A DNA stretch of 52,065 bases from a virus (lineage: Duplodnaviria; Caudoviricetes): the IMG/VR virus record IMGVR_UViG_3300023264_000002, positions 1 to 52,065 of that record; one strand, given 5' to 3'. The notes under the pieces are model-generated. The model had not been told where the DNA came from, made no database searches, and worked only from the letters and a program-made list of their open reading frames with translations. The position numbers and the translations under genes were made by a program. Shown here in pieces: positions 1 through 10,146 of the stretch. The stretch's first letter is position 1. Each line of letters begins with the position of its first letter.

Positions 1-34
1 GGTGTGAGGCCACTCACTTTAGAAGGGAAAACTG

Positions 35-190
35 ATGCGGGAATTTGATTGGCTTCCTGAACACGCCCGCGAACATATGCGCGATTGGCTGAATAGGTAT
101 GCACCCGGCATGCCCGAAAAGATAAACGCTCTCGGTGATGAGGAATTGATCCTCTTTTTCATCGCGTACCATAAGATCGATAACGAATGA
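35..190 (+). CDS. Small hypothetical early protein (51 aa)
   Basis: ATG at 35 after AGAAGGG, open to TGA at 188-190; translated manually. Confidence 0.5.
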   Translation: MREFDWLPEHAREHMRDWLNRYAPGMPEKINALGDEELILFFIAYHKIDNE

Positions 191-222
191 AAATTCGTCA
201 GTAAGACCTAAAGGTAAATAAG

Positions 223-489
223 ATGTTTGGGTTTCGTACTCGTAAAGCTCTTTACTTGCTCGAACAAAATCGTTGGCTTAATTCCAGTTTTCCTCCTTCG
301 TCTATTACGTGGAAAAAAGCATCTAAAGGACTTTGGACTCCTTTTCCTCCTCCCTCACACTGTCCGAAATGTGGTAAAAGTTCAGTTATAACTTTTTGTG
401 ATTGGTGGGCCATTGAGGATAGTGGCCAGTATATGGTTCGCATTCATTCCTGTCCTATTGGACACGGTTATTCAATCTGGATTGCTTAA
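223..489 (+). CDS. Hypothetical protein, possible Zn-binding (CPKC...C..H)
   Basis: ORF track; AAGGT upstream; CxxC motif. Confidence 0.55.
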   Translation: MFGFRTRKALYLLEQNRWLNSSFPPSSITWKKASKGLWTPFPPPSHCPKCGKSSVITFCDWWAIEDSGQYMVRIHSCPIGHGYSIWIA

Positions 490-519
490 TCTATCATCGT
501 TCTTGGAGTAACTGGCGAA

Positions 520-669
520 ATGAGCAGATGGAAAACAGCGGCTTCTGCCGCTCGCTACAAAGCCTTTCAGGAGTTAGGCGTCTCTCCAAATACCGATCTA
601 TTAAAAGCTGCTGCGTATCTCAATGCAGCAGAACTTTTTGAACGTGAGGTAATTCGGTCAAAACTTTAA
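520..669 (+). CDS. Small hypothetical protein (49 aa)
   Basis: GGAG upstream; ATG 520 to TAA 669; translated manually. Confidence 0.5.
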   Translation: MSRWKTAASAARYKAFQELGVSPNTDLLKAAAYLNAAELFEREVIRSKL

Positions 670-837
670 TTGTGTTCATCGGAGTAAGTAACATGTCTCT
701 TCTCCATAGGTACGATGTCAAGATCATTGATGGACACTCTATGTGTCTGTCTTCTTCAGGCGTACGATTTGAAGTGGACATGGGTCTACTCATCAAGCGT
801 CTTGCGTGGCAGGGATATATGAGGAAGGGGTTTTAAG

Positions 838-1230
838 ATGAACAAAAAAGGAAAAGTTCTCTATGCCCTTCTTGCCAAAGAGATTTTGAAAAATCCTCTT
901 TTGTGGTCCTGTTATAGTAGGGGGGGTGACACGATTTTTCATCTTCAGAGAAACGGAAGAGACACTTTAAGATGTCGTTCTGGTTTTTTTAGGTGGATGG
1001 GCAGCGTCGAGTATAGAGGAAGCGTAGTTCCTCTGTCTGCTTCGGCTTTTTTTACTCTTTATAAAATTGTTGAGAATGCTTATATAGATGAAGTAAAAAA
1101 GAGAAAGAGAGAAAAGGAGAAACAAACGTTCTCAACTTTAATTTCCTCTCTTGCTGAAAATCAAGGGCTTCAAGAAAAGAAAATTGATCTCTTACTTTCC
1201 GACTTATTTAAGGAGAATGAACATGATTAA
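838..1230 (+). CDS. Hypothetical protein
   Basis: ORF track; GAGGAAGGGG upstream. Confidence 0.6.
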   Translation: MNKKGKVLYALLAKEILKNPLLWSCYSRGGDTIFHLQRNGRDTLRCRSGFFRWMGSVEYRGSVVPLSASAFFTLYKIVENAYIDEVKKRKREKEKQTFSTLISSLAENQGLQEKKIDLLLSDLFKENEHD

Positions 1231-1601
1231 GACCGATAAGATTTTCATTCATGTCACGAACCCGTTTGGTGAAACTTTCGCAGCCGCAGGTCTGACGACT
1301 TCTGTTCCCGTGAAGAGGGTTCCTCGTGTTTCCTATCCTTTAAGGATTCATGGGTGACCCATCGCCCTCAGCGAAAATCCCATGAAGGAAGAAACTCATG
1401 AGCGGGCTCCTCGACAAATCCAAAAGGTATTCGGCCTGCGCCTTGGACTTTGAGGACCGGCTGAAGCTTCCGGGTTGGTATCCAGGTCGTCGGATCGAAT
1501 GGCGTGACGGTGCCTGGAGGTACGCATGACCCCCGACTCTACCATGCTTAGGGGATTGGCCGAGAGGGTCGAGTCTGCCACCGGGGACCAGCCAGACAAG
1601 A

Positions 1602-1732
1602 CTGCTTTCAAGGACTGCGGCCTCTGATGGTCAAGCCGGGCTGCGCCGTAAGATAGGCTGCGGCGTCCGGTGGGCCGGATGTGAGATGGACACCCTTGCC
1701 TACATGGTGGCGTCCGCAGTCCTTGAAAGCAG
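1602..1732. repeat. Perfect 19-bp inverted repeat enclosing 93 nt
   Basis: CTGCTTTCAAGGACTGCGG (1602-1620) is the exact reverse complement of CCGCAGTCCTTGAAAGCAG (1714-1732). Confidence 0.9.
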
Positions 1733-2359
1733 CCACCCGAGGAGGACTGTAAGGTCCAAAGAACGATCTATCATTATTTGAAAATTGTGGTGGCTACCAT
1801 CATGGCGGGTAGATTAAATGTCGCGAATAAAATGTAACAAGAACAGCCACAAAATTTCTTCGCTAGAAGGATAATCTATCATGATCCGTAACCATCCTAT
1901 CTTTGGTGTTATTGGTTTCGTCGAGAGGATTAATCGGCATGTCCATTTCATCAACGAGGAAGGCCAGACAGGTCGTATTCACATTACGGCTTGGAGGAAA
2001 TTGACATGAGTAAAAGGACATATTTTAGAATCAGTACTTTTGCTTTAGGAAGCACTGATGGGGGTTATTGGGAGGCCGATGAAGTTGTTTCAGGCAACAC
2101 CCCTGAAGAAGCCTTTAAAAATGTTCTTTCATGGATTTCTTCATTGGGTTTTGCTTACGAAACAACGATAGCCCTTTGTAAGGCTAATGGGGAAGACTTT
2201 GATGAATAGTAAAAATCTTCCTCCTTTTCTTGTTTATCATGAAAGTATTATGGGAACGGGGGTGGATCGTTGCGATACATTAAGTAAAGCGGAAGCACTT
2301 CATCAAAACTATAAAAGAGTTGGTGTTGCAATTTCTGCTATCTATACAAGGAGTGGATC

Positions 2360-2776
2360 ATGATCCTCTTTGTTTATGGGTCTCTTCGTCGAGGTCTTCA
2401 TATGCACTCTGCGTTGGGGCTTGCAGAATATGCTACGTTTCAGGGGGAATTTAACCTAATTGGTTATTCAATGTATGATCTCGGGGCTTATCCGGGAATT
2501 ATCCACGATCCTTCGGGCGTCATTGTTGTTGAGAAGTATCAGATTCAGTCTTCAGAGATTCTCCATCTTTTAGATGAATATGAAGGATATGTTTCCCCTT
2601 TAAAGGCTTATAAGTCTAAGCATAATTATAAAGAGGTCTCTCTTTTTCTTCGAGAAAAAGTTTGGGATGGACCCCGCCTTCTTGGTTACATTTACGTTTA
2701 TAATCGTGATGTAGGTGCCGCACCTGTTATTGAAAATGGAGATTGGTGTGAATACAACTTGTCGAAAAGCAATTGA
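2360..2776 (+). CDS. Gamma-glutamylcyclotransferase (GGCT/AIG2-like)
   Basis: LFVYGSLRRG N-terminal motif, LGAYPG, LLDEYEG, YIYVYN, GDW. Confidence 0.9.
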   Translation: MILFVYGSLRRGLHMHSALGLAEYATFQGEFNLIGYSMYDLGAYPGIIHDPSGVIVVEKYQIQSSEILHLLDEYEGYVSPLKAYKSKHNYKEVSLFLREKVWDGPRLLGYIYVYNRDVGAAPVIENGDWCEYNLSKSN

Positions 2777-3641
2777 CCTTGCTCTCAATAATCTAAAGAC
2801 CGATCCTAAGAAATGGGAGGTAGGTATTTGTGCAGGATATCTGTACGGAACAGAGGGGGAGATCATTGCAAACGCCTCGTCTGGAGACATTTGTCATGCT
2901 TTTTATCACAGGGGTAAGCAATCTCGAACGGATGTAGAAGTGGCTACATCAACTCTTTCTGAAAGAAAGAGAAAAGTCGGTGAAGAAGAGCATCACCGTG
3001 AATTTATGAAGTATCTTGCTCAGGAAAATCCTGTTGGTCGCCAATTCATTATTAACAAAGATGATCTATCATCGATTTACGAGGGTGGTATTGTCATTGA
3101 TGCTCGTAGAGCCGGCCATAATCGGACTCTTTGGCTTGGTAAAGCCTTTCGTTATTGTAATGAAGAGCCTTACCGTGTTGAACATTGGATTAAGCTTGTT
3201 GAAAAAGGTGTTCATCCTCTTGTTGCTATGATTTCTGCATCCATTTATACACAAAACGGTTCTTTTACTGATGCAGGGTTGTTTACTCATGCACAGGTTT
3301 TTGCAAATCCAGAGAGTATAGAAGCTCTTTCTGAGGCCCTTTTTGTAAAAAAGTTTAACGATCTGAAAAATTATAGTGAAATTGGTCGGAAACCTAAAGA
3401 AGACACTTCCACTGTTTTTTGGGCACGACAATGGAAGGGAGACGGTTACGGTTTTAGACCTGAAAACAAGAGGGGAATTATTGAAAATTGTCTTAAAGAA
3501 AGACGTGAGAAAGTTTCTGATGGGTGGGGAGGTTATATAGAGAAGAAAACACCGGGAGATTTTAACTGTCTTGTTGAACATCTTCAGAAACTTACTTCGG
3601 AAGCTGAAAAAATTGGTCAGAAGAAAAAAGGAAATAAGTAA
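2715..3641 (+). CDS. Hypothetical protein within the amidoligase cluster (start uncertain)
   Basis: 308-aa ORF tightly packed between GGCT and GATase. Confidence 0.75.
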   Translation: MPHLLLKMEIGVNTTCRKAIDLALNNLKTDPKKWEVGICAGYLYGTEGEIIANASSGDICHAFYHRGKQSRTDVEVATSTLSERKRKVGEEEHHREFMKYLAQENPVGRQFIINKDDLSSIYEGGIVIDARRAGHNRTLWLGKAFRYCNEEPYRVEHWIKLVEKGVHPLVAMISASIYTQNGSFTDAGLFTHAQVFANPESIEALSEALFVKKFNDLKNYSEIGRKPKEDTSTVFWARQWKGDGYGFRPENKRGIIENCLKERREKVSDGWGGYIEKKTPGDFNCLVEHLQKLTSEAEKIGQKKKGNK

Positions 3642-4313
3642 ATGAAAAATGAAGAAAATTCCTCTCCGCGCGTCTATGTCATTGGGGGAGGTTATGACTA
3701 CATTCGTTTCCTCTTTGAACTAGGTTATAAAGGTGCGAAAGGCCTTGGAGACGCTGATTTTCTCCTTTTCACAGGAGGAGAGGACGTTTCTCCAGAACTT
3801 TATGGCGAAAAGCCCCTTCCGCGTACGAATAGTAGCGCTTATCGCGATGAACGTGAAAAGAAAATTTATGAAGAAGCTCTTCGTGCGAAGATTCCTATGG
3901 TTGGAATTTGTCGAGGTGGTCAATTCCTAAATGTGATGAATGGGGGTAAGATGTGGCAGCACGTCAATAACCATTGTGGAAATCACAAGATGACAATTCT
4001 TTTGGAAAAGCCTCCTCGAAGGATTGAAGTTACCTCTACGCATCATCAAATGATGATACCAAACGAGCCTAAGGCTTTGGTTCTTGCTGCTGCTGGTTTG
4101 GCCACCACTAAGATTGCGTTTGGAACAGAGATCGCTGTTGGAAATCCCGCAGATGACTCTGATGCTGAAGTAATTTGGTATGATGAGACGATGTGCCTTT
4201 GCTTCCAGCCCCATCCGGAATTTAAGACGGCTCCTCAGGCTTGTAAGGATTATTTTGAAGAATGCTTGAATGATTTTATCATCCCTTCTCTTGCTGTTAC
4301 AGGAAAGGCATAA
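3642..4313 (+). CDS. Class I glutamine amidotransferase / peptidase C26-like
   Basis: GGEDV, GICRGGQ (nucleophile Cys), HHQ, FQPHPE (His-Glu). Confidence 0.92.
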   Translation: MKNEENSSPRVYVIGGGYDYIRFLFELGYKGAKGLGDADFLLFTGGEDVSPELYGEKPLPRTNSSAYRDEREKKIYEEALRAKIPMVGICRGGQFLNVMNGGKMWQHVNNHCGNHKMTILLEKPPRRIEVTSTHHQMMIPNEPKALVLAAAGLATTKIAFGTEIAVGNPADDSDAEVIWYDETMCLCFQPHPEFKTAPQACKDYFEECLNDFIIPSLAVTGKA

Positions 4314-4317
4314 GTAA

Positions 4318-5496
4318 ATGTGTGGTTTGGTTGGAATGATGGGGGATTTCTTCGGCAAGCATAAGGATATGATGGGCGACCTTCTATATCTTGATACGCT
4401 TCGAGGACAGGATTCGACAGGCGTAGCCGCTCTTCGTCGTGACGGGACATTGGAATGGTATAAGATGACCATTCCGGGATATGAATATATCCAGTTGAAC
4501 GGATATAAAGACCTGTTGAAATTTAATGATCGCGTTTGGCTTGGGCATAATCGATATAAAACAGTCGGTAATGCGACAAGAGCTAATGCCCATCCTTTCG
4601 TAGTCGAAAACGAAAAGGAAAATACGTGGACCATTGTTGGAGCTCACAACGGAACGCTTAAAAATAAGAGTCAGATTGATCCAAAGAATCTGTATGGTAC
4701 TGACTCTGAAGCGTTGATTAATCTTATTTCGGAAGTAGGTCCGAAAGAAGCAATTGCTAAGATTGAAGGTGCGTGGGCGTTGGTTTGGTTCGATGGTGTT
4801 GAGGATCAGCTAAACATTATTCGAAATGAAGAACGCCCTATCACTTTTGCTTTTTCCGAAGATCGAAAAGTTCTTTTTTGGGCTTCAGAGTCGTGGATGC
4901 TTCGTGCCGCTGCCGCGCGACGAGATATAAAACTTTTGGATGGGGCTGTATGGCAGCCTCAACCAGATGAACTATACGTTTTTGATCTACCTGTTAAGAT
5001 AGGTGACCCCATTAAAGATGCGAAAATAACAGGAGGTATCTCGGGTAAAGTCCCCGTTACTCGATTTCCCGTCCAAGACAAAGGGTGGAGCAGCGACAAC
5101 AAACCAGAATTCCTCAAAGGATACTGGACAACCGATAATGGGCAGCGAAAATGGGTCGAATATACGGGGCCTCAGTCGAAAACAACTACGGAAGTTAAAA
5201 CGAAAAGCGAAACAAAGGCATCTTCGGACAATCTAATTGGATTTGAAGGAAAGGAAGTTTCTCGACAGGAAGTCGAAGAACTTAAAAAATGCGGATGTGG
5301 TTGGTGTGACAAACCTGTTGAAGGTGCTAATCCTATTTCATGGTTGAATGAAACAACCGTTCTTTGTTATTCATGTCAGTATGATCGACATTTCTATAAT
5401 GTGCAGGTGCCTGACAACGTAGTTGTAAAACTTACAGATCGCCAGACTAAAGCTCTTCTTACTGTAAAAGAAGCGCGTGAATCTGGAAAGAAGTAA
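4318..5496 (+). CDS. Class II (Ntn) glutamine amidotransferase with Cys-rich C-terminus
   Basis: MCGLVG start, RGQDSTG, GHNRYKT, NAHPF, HNGT, TDSE; CGWC...CYSC at C-terminus. Confidence 0.93.
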   Translation: MCGLVGMMGDFFGKHKDMMGDLLYLDTLRGQDSTGVAALRRDGTLEWYKMTIPGYEYIQLNGYKDLLKFNDRVWLGHNRYKTVGNATRANAHPFVVENEKENTWTIVGAHNGTLKNKSQIDPKNLYGTDSEALINLISEVGPKEAIAKIEGAWALVWFDGVEDQLNIIRNEERPITFAFSEDRKVLFWASESWMLRAAAARRDIKLLDGAVWQPQPDELYVFDLPVKIGDPIKDAKITGGISGKVPVTRFPVQDKGWSSDNKPEFLKGYWTTDNGQRKWVEYTGPQSKTTTEVKTKSETKASSDNLIGFEGKEVSRQEVEELKKCGCGWCDKPVEGANPISWLNETTVLCYSCQYDRHFYNVQVPDNVVVKLTDRQTKALLTVKEARESGKK

Positions 5497-5511
5497 TCTA
5501 TCATAAGGAGA

Positions 5512-6327
5512 ATGGATAAGATGGACATTTTGGTCGGGGCTGATCCTGAAGTTTTTGTTAAGGATCGACATGGACGTTTTAGGTCTGCTCATAAACTAAT
5601 TCCTGGTACGAAAAAGGAACCTTTTGTGGTTCCGAAAGGAGCTGTTCAGGTAGACGGAATGGCTCTTGAGTTTAATATTGATCCGGCATCATCGGAAGAT
5701 GAATTCGTTGAGAATATTGTGACAGTGATGGACGAACTTCGTCATATGATCCCTAACTATTATGAATTAGTTATTGAGCCTACGGCTCGTTTTCATGGTA
5801 ATCATTATCGAGTTCAGCCCGAAGAAGCCCTAGAATTGGGATGTGAGCCCGACTTTAATGCATATACCGGAGAAGAAAATCCTCGTCCTGATAATCGAAC
5901 GACTATGAGAACGGCGGCAGGACATATTCACCTCGGTTTTGGTGAAGGATTTGATCCTCGTTCTCCTGAACATATGGATCGATGTTGTACACTTGTGAAG
6001 CATCTTGATGCGTATCTTGGACTTCCTAGTCTTATGTGGGACAGTGACACGAAACGTCGATCTATGTATGGAAAGGCGGGAGCTTTTCGCCCTAAGTCAT
6101 ATGGACTTGAGTATCGTACATTGAGCAATAGGTGGCTTTCAGATGAACAGTTAATGCGTTATGTTTATCGTCAGTCTGTTCGAGCAATTGAAAAATTGAT
6201 TGAAGGTGAGCGTTTCGAAGAAGATGATTATAATCTATCACGACAGTATATAAATTCTTCTAGAGTTCATTGGGCTAAAGCAAGAATGAAGGCTCTTGAA
6301 ATTGATGCCCCTATTTTGAAAGGTTGA
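5512..6327 (+). CDS. phiEco32-like COOH-NH2 ligase type 2
   Basis: VGADPEVF, QVDGMALEFN, GCEPDFNAY, RTAAGHIHLG, RRSMYGKAG, YGLEYRTLSN. Confidence 0.9.
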   Translation: MDKMDILVGADPEVFVKDRHGRFRSAHKLIPGTKKEPFVVPKGAVQVDGMALEFNIDPASSEDEFVENIVTVMDELRHMIPNYYELVIEPTARFHGNHYRVQPEEALELGCEPDFNAYTGEENPRPDNRTTMRTAAGHIHLGFGEGFDPRSPEHMDRCCTLVKHLDAYLGLPSLMWDSDTKRRSMYGKAGAFRPKSYGLEYRTLSNRWLSDEQLMRYVYRQSVRAIEKLIEGERFEEDDYNLSRQYINSSRVHWAKARMKALEIDAPILKG

Positions 6328-6331
6328 GAAA

Positions 6332-6991
6332 ATGAGTCTTAAAGTTCCAGAGTTTGAAACTCTTCACGATGCAAAGCAGCGTCTTGAAGGGACTGTTGTT
6401 ATGTATGATAATGAACCTGTTTACATAACAAGAGTTATAGAAGCTGAACCAGATGAGGTAAAGCCTGATATTTTTCGAGTTATTGCTACTCCTCTTCCTC
6501 TTAATATGCGAGAAGACCCCCGCGATCTTAAATTTCGTAAGTATATCTCGTCAGGTAAATTTGATCTAGCTACAATTCCTATGGGATTTTTAAATTACGA
6601 GGGAAAAGCTTTATATTGTACTCGTATTCCTCGAAGGCAGTACAAGCAGGGAATTTCAGAGACAACTTTGAGTGTTGAATCTCTTGGTGAAAAAAGAGAA
6701 TATGCTCTAAATACACCAAAGCTTTCGAGACTTGTTCGTGAAAAATCATTTGTTGAAATGATTAAAGGTAAGTATCCTTCGTTTGCAGAATGTATTCTTC
6801 AGGCACAGAATGGAGGGTCTTATGCTTTTTCTCGACATTTTGCAGTATCTGTAGATGAGGACCTTGATGGTCTTGTTTACTTGTATCATAAGACTGAAAA
6901 AGTTGGTTTTATTTATGAAGAGAAAGTAAAATTAGCAAAGACAATGAGGTGTCTTGAAGAAGCGCTTAGAGAATTAGACATTCGCGTTTAA
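6332..6991 (+). CDS. Hypothetical phage protein in the amidoligase cluster
   Basis: 219-aa ORF between the two ligase genes. Confidence 0.8.
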   Translation: MSLKVPEFETLHDAKQRLEGTVVMYDNEPVYITRVIEAEPDEVKPDIFRVIATPLPLNMREDPRDLKFRKYISSGKFDLATIPMGFLNYEGKALYCTRIPRRQYKQGISETTLSVESLGEKREYALNTPKLSRLVREKSFVEMIKGKYPSFAECILQAQNGGSYAFSRHFAVSVDEDLDGLVYLYHKTEKVGFIYEEKVKLAKTMRCLEEALRELDIRV

Positions 6992-7001
6992 TCAACAGGA
7001 A

Positions 7002-8288
7002 ATGAAAATGGCTGACAATAATCTTATTCTACGAAATCTGTCTCAGTCTATTTGTTATGTGACAGGCTGTCGTCTCCACGAGGGAGAAAAATATGGGCTT
7101 GAATTAGAATTAGAAGGCAGGGGTGTTAAGTTGGAAGAAATTCCGACAAAAGGATGGCTTCGCCATGAAGACGGTTCTCTTCGAGGAGAAGCTATTGAAT
7201 TTGTTTCTTCGGCTCCTGTCACCAAGGAAGAAGCTCAAAAGAGGGTTAATACTTTGTTTGAGCTTTTTAAGAAACATGATGTAAAATTGAAAAATTCATA
7301 TCGATGCTCAACACATGTTCATATTAATTTCTCGGATCGAAAGCTTGGAGAAGTAGTAAACTTTTTCATATTGTTTACTGTCCTTGAGGAATTGTTAAAC
7401 TATCATTGCGGTCCTGATCGTTCAGGAAACCTCTTTTGTCTTTCAAATCGAGAAGTTGAAGGTGTTGTGAAGAATCTTCAAGAAGCTGTTCTAAGGGGAA
7501 ATTTTGGAGCTTTTGGTGAAGAACTTCGTTATTGTGGTATCAATCTATCAGCTCTCAATAAGTTCGGAACAATTGAAATTCGGACAATGAGAGGCGCTGA
7601 CTCCGCTGTTCAAATTACAGATTGGCTTGAAATTTTGAGTCAGATGTATTCGTTTGCTGTAAATAAAATGGAATCACCCGTTGCATTAATTGAAAGTCTT
7701 TCTAAATTAGGCCCTCTTAACTTTCTATCTGAAATTTTCAATGAAAAGACAATTAATCTTCTTTTGAAGAGTTGGGATGGGGACCTTCAAAGGTCGTTCT
7801 ATGATGGAGCTCGTCTTGTTCAGATTATGTCTTATCGTTTTGACGACGGTTACAAAAAGTATAAAGACAAAAACATTAATCGATTTGAAAAAGTTGAAGT
7901 AAAAAATAACGAAAAGGCTTTGAGATGGGTCTTGTATCGGGATAGGGTCGTTCAGGTTCCTATTCCTAAACGACACGGAGAACTTTATCATATTGATAAT
8001 CAAGAAGAAAGACAGATTTTTGTCTACAATCAAGACGTAAGTTGCTGGATTTGCAATAGAAAAGTCTTAACATGGTGTTCACCTGCTGGGGCTATAATTC
8101 CTTCTTTGAGAATTGTAGATAGAGGAAGAATTATAATTGTTCCTGGATATCCGTTTAACAGACAAAATGCGCCGCATCATCCTCATATTATTTGGAGGGA
8201 AGAAGACGGGAGGTGGTATAATGAAGATTTGCAGACGTTCTGTGGGTTTACACTTGAAGAGGAAGAGGAAAATGAAGATGAAGATTAA
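7002..8288 (+). CDS. Putative amidoligase (glutamine synthetase/GCS-fold) with C-terminal extension
   Basis: YGLELELE, HEDGSLRG, EFVS, CSTHVHIN, RYCGINL, GTIEIR. Confidence 0.88.
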   Translation: MKMADNNLILRNLSQSICYVTGCRLHEGEKYGLELELEGRGVKLEEIPTKGWLRHEDGSLRGEAIEFVSSAPVTKEEAQKRVNTLFELFKKHDVKLKNSYRCSTHVHINFSDRKLGEVVNFFILFTVLEELLNYHCGPDRSGNLFCLSNREVEGVVKNLQEAVLRGNFGAFGEELRYCGINLSALNKFGTIEIRTMRGADSAVQITDWLEILSQMYSFAVNKMESPVALIESLSKLGPLNFLSEIFNEKTINLLLKSWDGDLQRSFYDGARLVQIMSYRFDDGYKKYKDKNINRFEKVEVKNNEKALRWVLYRDRVVQVPIPKRHGELYHIDNQEERQIFVYNQDVSCWICNRKVLTWCSPAGAIIPSLRIVDRGRIIIVPGYPFNRQNAPHHPHIIWREEDGRWYNEDLQTFCGFTLEEEEENEDED

Positions 8289-9024
8289 GATTTATCCTTA
8301 TAAACAGGGTTCTGTTGGTGCGAAGAACTTGTCTAATGAACTTGGGTGCCGCGTTCTAAAACGTGTTGGGTCTAAGTACAAACACCGTGACGAAGATTTG
8401 ATTATCAATTGGGGAGCAGTTGATTGTCCTTTTGTTGGTGCAAAAGTTGCAAATCAGCCCGAAGCAATTAAGAACGCTTCAAATAAACTTACTGCATTTC
8501 AGAAAATGGAGGAAGCCAATGTTAACATTCCTGATTTTTGGACAACTTCCGCTAACATCCCAGCAGAAGCATACCCCGTTATGTGCAGGACTGTTCTTAA
8601 TGGTCACTCTGGTCGAGGTATCGTTGTGGCTAATGATCCTAATGAGGTTGTTCCCGCCCCCCTCTACACCCGGTATGTAAAGAAGAAGGACGAATACCGC
8701 ATTCATTGTTTTCGTAAACCGGGAGAAGAGACATCTATCATCAGCATTCAGCGAAAAGCCAAACGTCATGGTGAAGAGAATGTTGACTTTAAGGTCAGAA
8801 ATCTCGCTAATGGCTTTGTGTATGTCCGAGACGGCGTACAGCCTCCCCGAGCAGTTCTGGAAGAGTCTAAAAAGGCGCTTGAGGCTCTTGGTCTCGCCTT
8901 TGGAGCTGTAGACGTAATCTGGAACGACCATCAGCGTAAGGCGTACGTCCTAGAAATTAACACGGCTCCGGGGCTTGAAGGCCAGACTATTAAGGATTAT
9001 GCTAATGCCTTCCGAGACATCTAA
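8272..9024 (+). CDS. ATP-grasp ligase (RimK-like, phage type)
   Basis: IINWG, NKL, GHSGRGI, EYRIH, FGAVDVI, VLEINTAPGL; start moved to the ATG at 8272. Confidence 0.9.
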   Translation: MKMKIKIYPYKQGSVGAKNLSNELGCRVLKRVGSKYKHRDEDLIINWGAVDCPFVGAKVANQPEAIKNASNKLTAFQKMEEANVNIPDFWTTSANIPAEAYPVMCRTVLNGHSGRGIVVANDPNEVVPAPLYTRYVKKKDEYRIHCFRKPGEETSIISIQRKAKRHGEENVDFKVRNLANGFVYVRDGVQPPRAVLEESKKALEALGLAFGAVDVIWNDHQRKAYVLEINTAPGLEGQTIKDYANAFRDI

Positions 9025-9425
9025 AGAGGAAAGTCTTTTTCCTCCTACGGATAAACGCTATCGAATAGCACCAACAACCTCGTGGGGTGCATACATTGAA
9101 GATACATACACTATGGAAGAAGTTGCTTGTTGTGACAGTGAGGTTGACGCAGAGGTAATCTGTGACTGTCTCAATGCAATAGAGTATGTACGATGAGGGG
9201 TGATTATAAAGCTCAACATCGAAAGACTATGAAACGAATAATTAAGAAAATTGAAAAAGAAAAGAAAAATAACATCTGTCTTAAAGGAAAACTTTCTAAT
9301 GCCAAATCCAAATGAAATGATGCGAGATATTGAAGAACGGGCTGAATATTTGAGGCGTATTCTCACAGATAGAAATAGTAAGTTCGTTAAGCGAGCCGCT
9401 CTTCGGCAACTTCGACAGCTAGAAC

Positions 9426-9854
9426 GTGAATATGGTCTTGACCTGTATGGAAATTATAATGGATAAATATACTAAAAAAATTCACTCTTTAATAAAGAAA
9501 TTTTGGAACCAGCTTGATCCTGATAATGAACCAGAAGAAGGTTGGAAAAAAATTGAAGTTGATGCACATGAATTGATGGACTTGTTGTCGTGGAACCACC
9601 ATCTTTGGAATAAGGTAAACCCAGATAAAGAAATGGTGAATGCAGAGCGAATTATCAAAGAAGCGGCAAAATTGATTGAAAATCCCGGCGAAGGAAACGT
9701 TGTATTTACTCTTCGACTAACAGATAATAAGTCTACTCTTAATACAAAAGCCGGAAAAGGTGTTGACCCTAAAAAGGTTTTAGAAAAAGCTATAGATATT
9801 TTTTCGAAAGAATTGGAAGACCTAAAGAATTGTCCTGTTCATAACAACCGCTAA
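9426..9854 (+). CDS. Hypothetical protein (start possibly further downstream)
   Basis: ORF track, co-oriented with neighbours. Confidence 0.6.
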   Translation: MNMVLTCMEIIMDKYTKKIHSLIKKFWNQLDPDNEPEEGWKKIEVDAHELMDLLSWNHHLWNKVNPDKEMVNAERIIKEAAKLIENPGEGNVVFTLRLTDNKSTLNTKAGKGVDPKKVLEKAIDIFSKELEDLKNCPVHNNR

Positions 9855-9872
9855 TATAAGGAGAACATAATA

Positions 9873-10064
9873 ATGCGGTGTGCTATTTGTGACGGAATTA
9901 TTGATAAGCCCGTATGGAACCGTGATCGCGATACATGGGAGGACTGTGTGCCTTGCCTAGAAATTATCGCGGACGTTTTTCCGGACGAACCAGACAATGC
10001 AAAGGAGGCTTCAACGGATGATCCAGATACTCCTCTGCAAGATGTTGAAATTCCACTGGATTAA
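9873..10064 (+). CDS. Small Zn-finger-like protein
   Basis: MRCAICD...CVPC; AGGAG RBS. Confidence 0.7.
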   Translation: MRCAICDGIIDKPVWNRDRDTWEDCVPCLEIIADVFPDEPDNAKEASTDDPDTPLQDVEIPLD

Positions 10065-10072
10065 TTTTGTCC

Positions 10073-10101
10073 TTGACAAGGTTCGCAACCTGATATATAA
10101 T
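10073..10101 (+). promoter_or_regulatory. Sigma70-type promoter
   Basis: TTGACA (10073-10078), 17-nt spacer, TATAAT (10096-10101). Confidence 0.9.
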
Positions 10102-10146
10102 ATCTTTAAGAGGTTGCAGCCGGTAAACCTAAGAGGTAATTATAAG

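Noticed and set aside
1602-1732. Retron msr-msd or hammerhead ribozyme interpretation
   Set aside because: No reverse transcriptase in the window; CTGATGG lacks the complete hammerhead core
9997-10146. Upstream extension of the NTase ORF as given in the ORF track
   Set aside because: It spans the promoter and overlaps the previous gene; the ATG at 10147 has an RBS
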